Source: Balanoglossus misakiensis (lineage: Eukaryota; Animalia; Hemichordata). Taken from it: a DNA stretch of 64,000 bases. The stretch's first letter is position 1. Every line of letters begins with the position of its first letter. Shown one piece after another: positions 24,812-36,500 of the stretch. A program made the position numbers and the translations under genes. Where the stretch lies: assembly GCA_040954595.2 (NCBI GenBank), contig CM082588.2, forward strand, positions 2,936,513 to 3,000,512, in the 5' to 3' direction. The notes below the pieces were generated by a model. The model worked only from the letters and a program-made list of their open reading frames with translations. It was not told where the DNA came from and searched no databases.

Positions 24812-25694
24812 ATGTTCTGGACAATCGTACTCATTCAATTAATTGTGTACACCACGGTTGGATCAGAGAGAGACGCGGTGACAGACAGTTGCTGTCTCTG
24901 CTCCGAGGATGACGCCGAACTTTGTGAAGTTGCTGTGGACAACAGCGGTGGAGGGAGATGCCTCTGTAAAATACAAGACGGCCAACACATCGTGGACTGC
25001 GAGAACAGAAACTTGGTGAGGGTGCCGTCCAACCTTCCGAACTGCACCAATATTCTGTGAGTATCACTTTCTAGATTGTGGGTTCACGAGCGGATATCGC
25101 TGACAGACGACATGATCCCCTTCTATCCACAAAACGACCATTTCCGAACTTTGACCTCGCTTGGCAGAACACCGGACAGAAAATCACATGTACGCGAATA
25201 TTTCAACCATTACATCTAATCTGTGTTACTTGATTCAAACAAATGCTAAGTTATCATTTTTTGTGTGTGAAAAGTCTGAAGCGCGCAGGACTAAAAGAGC
25301 AATGATACCACTGTGGTGTCATGACCACCGCTCTCTCGTACGGTTCATGCATCATGCTGGCCAACATGACAGACCAGGCGAAGGTTTGATGACCGACCGA
25401 CAGCGTCCTGTAACATAATGCTCACATCACGTAACGGAACATATTGCCTTACATTGTCTATGACTCGAATTTCCAGTTCAAAATAAACCAGGCCAAACAA
25501 CATATTGTGTCTCTCTCGTCAACTGTCCTCGAGTAATTTGTCTCATAAAATTGCCAGTGTTTAGATAAAACATCGTAAGTGTAATATAAGTTCTTTTTGT
25601 TTCAGGAATTTGTCTAATAACAATATCACAGCGATTAATATGAGCACAATAGCAGAACTCCAACAACTCCAAAACATGTAAGTATTAACGGTAT

Positions 25695-25761
<67 letters not shown>

Positions 25762-28695
25762 CCACCACCACCACCATTTTGGCCGGAACATCAAACCATC
25801 AACGCTGCTTCTCTTTCGCAGAATACTGACCAATAATCCACTACACTGTGACTGTCAACTGCAATGGTTGACGATGTTCGCTCATAAACAGAGACTGGAA
25901 GTAACCGATGCTGTATGCAAATCACCGAGTGAGTTCAAAGACGAAGCAGTAATTGATCTAAAAGGTCGATTCAACTGTACAGGTAAAGTAGAACGACCCA
26001 CAACACCACAAACAAGTTTCTGTACCTGAACAAGATAAAGTAGCCTATAGAACCAAGATATGCCAAAATGTGGTGACTTCACTAATAGCAGATTCTCTTC
26101 CTTCCTTTCCCTATACACTGTAGACATGTTTTGGTACGACGAACAGCTCTTTTTGATCTACGCGTTTGAAAAATTAAGCTGGATCGATGCGTATATGAAG
26201 TGTGTTGGCGACATTCACGGCAAACTGGGACTGGAAGGTCGCCTAGCAATCATCCAGTCGGAAGATGTTCTCCACGGTTTACGCGGGCATATAAAACAAC
26301 ATGAAGCACTTAACCAGGCGACAGGATTCTGGTTGGGTTGTCATGACTTCCTCAGTGAGGGCGTCTTTCGTTGGGTCGACGGCACGAGTGTGCAGCGTTC
26401 GTTTTGGCCGAGTGGCGAGCCGAATGATGCCGATTGTCATGACGGCAGATCCGATGCTGGCGAGGGCCAAGACTGCTGCGCATTACGGTGATCTATCAAT
26501 CTATTATTGGGCCTTTCATGAAGCCGTTTATTAATCATAGCCTTTGGTAGTAACACGGCGTAAAATCGTAAAATATGCAGTGAATATAATATCGTAATAG
26601 ACGTTAAATCAAAATGACATTCATAATGAATATGTGTCACAAAGAGATGAAAACGAAGTCACATAAATATCAAATCTCCACTGTATTTTTTACAGGAAGA
26701 ATAGTGCGTTCAGACTTGACGATCAGTGCTGTTCTGCTAGAAAGCCGTTCATTTGCAGCGTTGGTAAGATCATTTTACTATGGTACCAATATTCCTGACT
26801 CATTTGTAACGTAGAATACCTATTATCAAGTTATAGTGAATCAGTGTTATTGGCTTTAAAACTCCCCATGTTCCATCGCACACTATTATTGGGCTGGCCA
26901 ATTTCTTTGCGTTTACTGTTATACGTCCAAAACTGTATAGATATGCAAATTAATTTCTTTAATAAATCACTATAATATAATCATGTCATAAAATATCATG
27001 TATCCTGTTCCTGAACAGGCAATGCAACAGTTCCCCTCTACTGCGGCGAAGAATCAATATTTAACAACAAAGGGATTTTTTACTGGCCGAGGTCAGGGAA
27101 AGGTCAAGTGACCAAGAGAAATTGTCCTTATGGCCCTAAGGACGTCCACGTGGAGAGGATTTGGTAAGTCAATATCTTTCAATTTTTCACTTTGATGTTC
27201 AGCCGGAGGTAGACAGTGTTTATTTATTTAAAATCGTGTGTTAATAGCTTTATGTTTACCGACCAGACCATAAATCAAACTGCCTCTCGTTTCAGTTTCA
27301 GGGATATGGTGACATGGAGTATTGCAGACACCTCTCAATGTCTACCAGAGAACAAAGCGAACAAGACCGACCGCCTATTTAATTTAGCCACCACAGATAT
27401 TCTGCCAGGTAGGTTTGCATTACTGAGTACAACATGCATTTAAATACGTGATGTTAAAAGAAGAAGTGTGGGTGAGATATTACAGACTCGAGGAAAGGAA
27501 TTTGTGGTCGACCAAAAACATCAGGATATGTAATATCGTTCTCGACATGCGGTCTATGAGACGAATGTTTGTGCAGACGACCCCCATGTCACATTTTCAT
27601 GCCAAAGTGATTATACACCTGTCACTGCGGGTATGAAACAACACCCAGCGAATTTATCTGATTTCAGGGCACGCAAAGATCGTCTCCGAAACATTGAAGG
27701 CCATCACCACTCAAGCGAAACTCTTGGAAGAAAGTGACGTCAGTCTCTCTGTTGACGTCATCGACAACATCTTGCGAAGTCATGAAAAGGAGATCAGTGT
27801 TGATGTGGGTTATAATTTACTCCGGACTGTGGATAATCTACTGAACGTTGATGATGACGTGATGGTAAAGAGTCATAACGGGGAAAGTTCAGCTACTAGG
27901 TGAGTTGTAACACTTTACACCACTTTATGGTATGTTCACTGTTGTCTGTTTAGTTTCACCATTTATGCTCTTGTCTTTTTAAACTAACTTAAAGCTAAAT
28001 TATTATTCGATTGCAGACTTCTTCAGACAGTTGAACGACTGTCTCTTCTCCTGACAATCGCCAATGAATCGGTCACCATAGCAACGCCGAGCATCGTACT
28101 CACAGTCGCTGAGCTGAATTTAGCCACCTTTGACGGATTGTCGTTTTCTCTGTCATCGACTGGTCAGGTAGGTGTCTTGGCAACGCGAACGACTCATGAA
28201 CATACACAGTTTGAAATACAAGCGGCAACACTTAAAGCAAAACTCGCTTTCGTTCTCCACAGACTCAGTTTTCAAGAAAGACGGAATCAACTGAGCACAC
28301 GAAGGCGGAAGTACAGCTTCCGGTGTGGCTTTTTGAAAATCTCCAGCAGCAAGAGCTCGCTCGAGTGGAGAGAGTACAGTTTCATGCCTATACCTCTAAC
28401 AAACTCTTCAAAGTAAGAATCGTTCAATTTGGATAATGAATTTATGCGCAGTTTACTTCAGTGTTTTGGGAACTGATCGTATAATTAAGATAAAAGGAAT
28501 ATCCCATTGTGATCGGATCTTTTTCTCTACTATCCGGCTTTAGACTATTGATGACTCAACTCCAGCTGGTTTCAGCCCCGTCATCTCTGCGAGTATTGGG
28601 AATCTAACCATCTCGAACTTAAAGAAGCCAGTCAAGATAGCCATAGCACACGAAAGCAAGGTATTGTCCCACTCTAAACATAAGAAGTGGTCACC

Positions 28696-28726
<31 letters not shown>

Positions 28727-31462
28727 CAACCCGGACCATCACCAAGATCACCACCACCACCATCATCATCACTACCACACCTCCCCGACAGTTGAATAGT
28801 ACATTCTCTAATGTCATGCTTTCTATATTTGTTCCTAGTACAACGAAAGTAACAACCTTAACATAAGCTGTGTCTTCTGGGATTTTTCTCTCAACAGTAA
28901 GTGTACTGTTGTTATACATAAGCATTCGCCTTTCATCGAGCAGTGAAATCGAATTTAGGGAAGATAGGAAACAACTTTTATTTAAGTAGCAACTTACTCT
29001 ATACACTGAACAATTGAGGTTACAGCTGTTGGAACTATGTCTGGGAAATTCTGTTTCAGATGGAAGAGGTGCTTGGTCCAGCGAAGGTTGCACAGTTTCA
29101 CGTGACACGGCGGATGACGAAAATATTACTACATGTGAATGTGACCACCTCACCAACTTTGCTCTGCTTGTTGTAAGTATATGGTACTTCGTACATCTCT
29201 GTGGAACATCTCCGACGAAGCATTGAAGAATTTGAATATTTCGAGGAAAAATTATGATACTGATACTAACAGTGCTGTTATATGCCATATTAGGACATAT
29301 ACGGCGATGGTCAGGAAATAGACCCGGCCAATCAGAGAGCGCTATCGATAATTTCCTACATCGGGTGCACACTATCTTTACTTGGATTGGCCTTAACGCT
29401 TGTAAGTCTGATCGCCTTCAGGTTAGTGGCAGATTATATCGTTCGTATATTGTTTGTTTGTAAGACTCAATACTAGACGTGTGGCTGTAGTATAAATAGT
29501 CTAAAATAACCCTATTTTCAAAATTTGTTCCAATCCAGAAAACGGAAAGACAGAGCCTCGAAAATCACTCTCAATTTGTGCTTTGCGCTCTTCATGGCCT
29601 TGTTGCTGTTCCTGATTGGTTCGTTCGCGATGGATTTTGCACCAATCATACCGGAGCTCTGTGCGGCCGTCGCCGTCTTTCTACACTTCTTCCTATTGGC
29701 CGCGCTGCTTTGGATGGCTCTGGAAGCGGTGAACATGTATTTGATGTTGGTCAAAATTTTTGAGACGTACATCCGACATTTCATGGTGAAGTGCTGCATC
29801 ATTGGATGGGGTAGGCTGGATTTCTCATTACCTATCACATGACATTTTCGTCCTTCTCTAATTTATCCAAGATTGAGAAAGATTACCCCATTGGTCATTT
29901 AAATTTTGTCTTCCCAGGTGTGCCTCTCGTTGTCGTGGTTATCACATTAGCAGTTGACGTCGACAACTACGGATACTACAATACGATGTACGTACATCAT
30001 TTGTACAAAAATGATTTTACAGGGTATTTCGTTTAGGACTACTGTTATAATGGCCACTGTGGAACGGTTTGGAATACATGTACATGTACATGTAGGAACA
30101 CATGGTACATTGAGATAATCGAGCCAAAGAGACAGTACAGCGGTGCAAAACGAATTAATACTGTCTGCTTTTTCTTTTACTATTGACCCCGTGATAAGTC
30201 ACGATATTAGTGTGTACTTTGACTGATCTTCGTCATCGTTTCCAGCTGCTGGTTGTCGAGATACTCGTTCTACGGAGCATTCCTTGCTCCGCTGTGTCTG
30301 GTACTCGTCTTCAACTCCATCATCTACTGCCTCGTTATCTATCAAATATGTGGACTGAGATCGAGAGCGACCACTGGAAACGAAGGGTTCAGCGTCAAGG
30401 AACAGTTGAGGGCGGCTCTCGGGTTGATGGTACTGCTCGGGTTGACGTGGGTGTTCGCCATCTTCGCCGTTGGGGAAGCCAGCCTGCTGTTCAACTATCT
30501 CTTCGCCATATTCAACAGTCTTCAAGGACTCTTCATCGTCGTCTTCCACTGCGCGCTCAAGAAAGAAATCCAAAAAGGATGGAAGAACACGTTCTGTGGT
30601 GAGAAGGGGCCCGAATACAGGTCAACAGGTCAGTTCTCAGCGTCACTGGAAGCCGACCAGAAGTTAGAATTGGTATTTTATAGTAGGCCAGTTGTCTGCA
30701 CGACATAAGCTAATAACCACACATATCACGTATAAAAGGAATTAACTCTTCCCCTCACTGACAAGTCACGATCCTGTGTAATCACTCTCTTTCAAAATCT
30801 ATATGTGTTTCTGGAGAATTTCTCTTCTACTTCTCCTTCCAACTGTTATCACTCCACCCACGCACACTGACCATCATGCATTTCTTTAACAAGAGCGGCT
30901 GATAATGTGAAGACAGTTCTAGTGAATACAATGTCAACTGTACATGTAGTTTGTAAGCAAAATTGCGAAAACAAAATGGCGCAGTAATTTTCCAGAATGT
31001 CTATAAACACAACGCTGTACACTTTTTCACCCACAGAAACCCGTTCTTCAGCCAACACCTCTGGTAACACCAAAGACCAAACGAGCCAAACCACGGACAC
31101 CAATGTAAATCTTGGTAAGAATACACTACGACTTTAAAATTGGCCAAGGGTGCACTACAGAATTGGATTGGATTCAGAAGCGTTAAACATCAATCATGCT
31201 GTTGATATAAATTATGGTTTTCGTGGCATGTCATGAGTTGTGCGATTGTTCCGACAATATGGGCGTATACATTAAACTAGTTTCATGCGATAATGGATAT
31301 CAGTATCGATGGCGTGATTAAATTATATGTACCTTGTTACTAAACGATGCTATTGTTGTTTATTTTTCAGATTCTCTAGCTGATTCGAATGCACGTCCCG
31401 CGGACATTCGGACGGATGCTGATACCAAAGAAAACATGGACTGTGAATCGACACACACGTGA
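24812..31462 (+). CDS. Adhesion GPCR 2: SP-LRRNT-LRR-LRRCT-C-type lectin (EPN)-HRM-GAIN/GPS-7TM; about 19 coding exons
   Basis: Approximate exons: 24812-25056, 25606-25677, 25822-25982, 26124-26487, 26696-26763, 27019-27162, 27296-27408, 27668-27899, 28017-28167, 28263-28412, 28544-28660, 28839-28896, 29060-29172, 29294-29421, 29539-29810, 29918-29987, 30246-30628, 31037-31114, 31371-31462. Motifs: VDCENRNLVRVPSNLP, NNPLHCDCQLQWL, FWLGCHD...FRWVDG...WPSGEPND, KPFICS, CECDHL|TNFALLV, FNSLQGLFIVVFHC. Confidence 0.93.
25695..25776. repeat. Compound microsatellite (ATC)n-(ACC)n in intron 2 of adhesion GPCR 2
   Basis: About 22 perfect ATC units followed by about 5 ACC units. Confidence 0.97.
28691..28778. 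repeat. Imperfect compound CAC/CAT microsatellite in an intron of adhesion GPCR 2
   Basis: Alternating runs of CAC and CAT triplets about 30 bp after the donor at 28660. Confidence 0.9.
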
Positions 31463-32595
31463 TGGCGTCATGAAACTCACAGTATCTTATAGTTGAAAAA
31501 AAACGGGAGAAATACGGAGAGCGCAATGGGGAATGAAAGACGACCGTGGGAAAGCAAATTCAAATCAACCAATGACGTATCACTAATCGCTCCGGGGGGA
31601 GTCTCTCCTAACAGGTTAAAAGGTTGGTTTGAGTGGTCTGAAGTAGTAGTCAACAGGATACTTGAGAGATCTCTGCGGTTTTTTGGCCAACGTTTGATTT
31701 ACAGTAGGTATTTCAAGGTAAACTGAATTTCCCTGGAAGTTTGACGACGTAATAAAACTTGGGGAAAGAAACTCTTTCGAGAAGCCAATTCGGTGGCTAT
31801 GTTTTTAATTAGCTGTATACTTAGTTACGTGTAAAATACCCAGGATAGTTAACATTTGTACTTCAGCAAAGACAAGCTGAGATGTCAAGACAAATTGCCT
31901 GTAATAAAAAGTTTTTGAATAAAGTTATTTTGGAATATCATCGAAACCACTATATTTATACAAGGTGGTGTACCTTAACAGGGAAATCTTATCTGTATTT
32001 GAGGAACAATTTGCTTCCTTTATTTGGCACGTTTTTCCAAAGAGGAGCGGCCACGTGACCGAAACATTGCTCGGTGACGTAGTAGATAGTTTCATTGCGA
32101 ATAGAGACGTTGACCTAACATGTTTTTGTGGTCGCAGTGTGTAGGATGCGCTTGAATTCAGGGCATTCAAAAGTGTCCGTTTGGAACGAGTTTTACTTCT
32201 TGTTTGCATTCAATACAAAACATTCTCTGAGTCAGAGGAATTTTACGAGCGACTCCCGTACACGTACTTTATGTGGGTGACAGATGACATTTGACCCATG
32301 TTGCCTGGCGCGTCTTTAACAGATTGTGGCGATCTATGGCATTCCTGGTAGACTTTTCAGCGTAACACAACATCTGTTGCATTTTCTAATTCGTCACGAG
32401 TTGTATTTTTGTTAATTCGGGAGATATAGACCGGCAAGTAAAAAGACCACGCCAAATTATCTAATACAGTGCTTTACCTTGAATGTTACAATAACAACTG
32501 TGCCCTCTGTGACCCGAAAAAGGTGAAACTCTTCTACCAACAAGGCCACGCAAACAAGTCACAACATCGCGTCACTATGTCCGTCAGAACTCGTG

Positions 32596-32608
32596 TGACG
32601 TCACGTGA
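32596..32608 (+). promoter_or_regulatory. Overlapping CRE (TGACGTCA) and E-box (TCACGTGA) in the candidate promoter of adhesion GPCR 3
   Basis: TGACGTCACGTGA lies about 160 bp upstream of a strong donor (CAAG|GTAAGT, 32765) that could splice to the acceptor CCACAG at about 33381, upstream of the ATG. Confidence 0.4.
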
Positions 32609-33506
32609 GCATGCGTGCAACACTTTCAGACACCAAAGTAAACTTCTCGTTTCGTGTTTGACGCACAATCGGAAGAATTAGCTGCTCGTATTTCGTACAA
32701 CATTGGACCAAATAAGAAATAAGCTACCCGGATAAAAACTGAACAGCGAAGTTTCACACGCCAAGGTAAGTCTGCACATACTAACACCCTGACTAAATTG
32801 TGTTTTATTAGCCTGGTAGTCATTTTAACTCGACCACACTTTCGGTCGCTCGGCTTGGGAGTACTCTGAACCATAAAATTAGTCTGAACCGATTAAAATA
32901 TATCCACCCGTTGAAGTAACAATTTACGTATAATTGGGACACTTAAACATGTTGAAATGCAGTCATGCATGGTCAGATCAGCTCAATTCGTCTGTGGTGG
33001 TACTCACTTTTTCCCCACCAGAGAAGGAGGAAGTGACTGACCAGTCCACTGCCTATTGTTGGTCAATCAGCCGTGAACACAATACATATTTGACCCGAGT
33101 GTGCCCTGTCGACGTCTTCAGAATATCAATGCGCGTCCTGCAATATTTGACGACACTTCATTTGTCAGTTTTCACGCCAAGCACATGCATGGAAACTGTT
33201 TATAATCGGCTTCTTTGATCTTGGCACAAAAATCGGATTTTTTCTATTCTATTATTTTCTATTATTTTTATATTAACGATATTACCTTCTTCCGGAACAG
33301 ACTCAAGAACATATAAAGTATGTCATACCAGGAAACACCGCCCCAATAATTCCTGACAGTCAATGCTTCATTATTCCACAGGTGCAGGGAGAAAACTTGG
33401 CATATCAACCACACTACAGAAACTGTAGTGCCATTTACAAAGATCTGGATCACACCGAAGTGTTCATCGATCGAAAGTGGTGGGGCAGCCGAAAAACGAT
33501 TTAAAA

Positions 33507-36500
33507 ATGATGGCCAACAGGGACTGGGTGTTCTTCTGCTTGCAAATTGTACTCATTACTCTGCTTGTGGTTGGTACCGCCCCTGGTGGGACTTCCAACA
33601 TTAACGACTGCGCGTGTATTGATGGAAATGACAGTAGCGATGGAGATAGTGGTAGTAGTATTTACGCGAACGAAGTCAGCACCGGCGGCTATACGAGTAT
33701 CATAAGATCATGTCGGGTTAATTGTGAGAACATGGGACTAACAGAATTTCCAAAACAACTGCCATGGTGTACAAGAGTCCTGTGAGTATTGTTTGAAAGA
33801 CTTTATGCGTAGTAGCGATAGCCTCTCGTGTATCTTACGTTTTTCTCGTGCTCGTCAAGTCAAGTTATTTGTATTTGTTGAGTGCAAATTAAAGGGGGTC
33901 CATGATTTCAAAAAGAAATATGAAAAGAACGTTAGCAAAATGTACAAGACGAATCATAAAAATTCAAGTACATTGCCAAACAAAGCTTATGTGTATTCGT
34001 GTGTTGCTCTCAACAGAAATTTGACAGATAACGATATTACGACAATTAACGAAGACGATTTTCTGGACCTGCCAAACCTCCAGACACTGTGAGTATACAT
34101 CTCTCACATTCCTTGTCGGTGGGTGTGTCGTCATGGTGTAATTCCAACCAGCGGTTATGTTCCAACCAACAACAATAAACGTTTCATTTTTCCATTTCAC
34201 AGTGTGTTGAACGGCAACCCATTAAACTGCACGTGTGATCTGATGTGGTTGGCCGTTTTGATCAGTAAAAGGGAAAATCTCACAATCGAAGGTGCTGTAT
34301 GTGGCTCCCCTAGCCAAGTACAAAATACATCACTGGCTGATCTGAAGAATACTCTAGACTGTTCAGGTATAAAGTAGTTACTTCATCAATGTGGTTTTCT
34401 TGCTGCTTTGTTTGTTGGTGATGTTTTTTTCGCTGATTGGTTGATTACTCGAATTCGAGTACTGGCAAAATAGTTGATATTTTTTTATTTGTGTCCTTTA
34501 AATCGGGTACTGTCGCAGAGTTCATATGGGTTGGCGATGAAGTATTCATCATCAGAAGCAACAACTATACTAATTGGGAAGATGCGAATACCACGTGCAA
34601 CGCTGAGGTTAGTCGCTTTGGACTGACAGGACATTTAGCAATTCTACGGTCACGAGACTTGTTGGACCACGTGACGTTTCATTTATGGGAATATTTTGCC
34701 CGCAACTCAATTGAATTTTGGATCGGCTGCAATGATTGGCACACAGATGGGAGTTTCCGCTGGATAGACAATACATGTGTCGACAGTGACCTGTGGACAC
34801 CAACGCCGGGTAACAACTGCAATAACAACAGGCGTTTTTGTTGTCAATTATGGTAAGATGCATAATAATCACTAATTAAAGTTTCATCACAAGGATAATT
34901 TTCTGTGCATAGACCGAATTACTTGTACATGTAGTAAGTTAAATGTACATTCGTTTTTTTACTTTGAGTTAGTTTGGAATACAATGTTTTCTTTCTTATT
35001 GTTTTATCATGTTCGGTTTTCGTTTCACATCGTTTCGTTTCTGTTCAGTATACTAGGTAATGCAAACTGATCGATTGAGAAGGCAGCTTGGCAATGAAAA
35101 CAAATAAATTGATAAATAACCACAATACGTCGGCATAAATAAATGATCATGTAATGGTTAAACTCAGATGCTGATTATTCTGACTCTAATGTAACCGTTC
35201 CGCTTTTATGTCATCAGGCACAATACAGGGAATATTTTCATAGATGATGTTTGTGATTGCAACAAAGATAAGCGATCAATCTGCCAAATTGGTAAGTCCT
35301 CAAGTGTTCGTCAACGTTGCTTGTGTATGTTTAGAAGAAAAAAAACTAAAAGTCACGTTGAGGCAGTCCACGCCTCGAAAATCAAAGCCTTAAACATTTT
35401 TTTAAAGTTCCTCAAGGCAACTTATTCTCTTTTCAAATCGAAAATAAAAAAGGGAGAGCAAAATTGTATCCTCAAATACATCAACATATCAAAGAATTTA
35501 AAGATTTTGAGCAATATGTTTTCAATCTGTCCCCGATTCGCGTACTACCTTCGAACATTATGTTGGAGACTCGCCCAATTAAGCAAATCCAGGTTATTCA
35601 GTCCAAAGGGGTATTTCGTTCTCCATATTTTCGTCTAATTGTGAGATTCTTTTCGACGTGTAACAACAGGAAATATCGACGAATATCCAACCAACGCACC
35701 CGGTGATTGCGATGAACCCACTGTCTCTGCTTCTCCATTGACTAGCCGTGTCAACACAACTGTTGGATACGACGGCCCAACCACAACACTGGAACGTCGA
35801 AGCTCTGAGATGACAACCACACCGGTGACAACAACGAACCCAGCAACGACAAAACATCGCGATGCCACGCGAGAACGTCTGGAGAATTTAGCCAATGCAA
35901 CCATACTCCCAGGTAACAAAGAATAGTTGTTCCTGGTAGGTGTATGTTACCGATACCATGAATAAATTTGCGTCTAATACGTAGATATCAAGTCGAAAAG
36001 AAATATTGAAATGCAGTCTGGTAAGCAAACCCCTTTACTACACATTCATATCATCTCCTTTTCAGAACAAGCCAGGAATGCATCTCAAATGTTGCGAAAT
36101 CTCACATCGAAAGCTTCCACTTTTGAAGAGACTGACGTCAACTTGTCAGTTGATCTGCTCGGTAGCATTTTGCAGAGCCAAGGCAACGGTACTGACGTTA
36201 CCATAGCTACCAACGTCCTGCAAACTGTGGACAACCTGTTGAGCGTTGACGAGGAAGTATTGATGGCCAGCCAATCAAATCAACATTCTGCCACACGGTG
36301 AGTTCGCAAACCATTGTACCAAAGAACCTGAAACTGACCAATGTCCAAATGAATTTTCCTAACATGGTCCAAGGCTACGATGTGTATAGGGAGGGGATTT
36401 TAAACACGTCCAGATAAATCACGTCACCAGAAAGCGAATTTTATTTTTGTTTTACAGACTTCTCCAGACTGTGGAGCAACTTTCCCAGCTCCTAGAGTTT

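Noticed and set aside
28674-29372. 232-aa minus-strand ORF with a poly-Val/Met tail
   Set aside because: Antisense to adhesion GPCR 2 exons; the tail is a translation of the CAC/CAT microsatellite.
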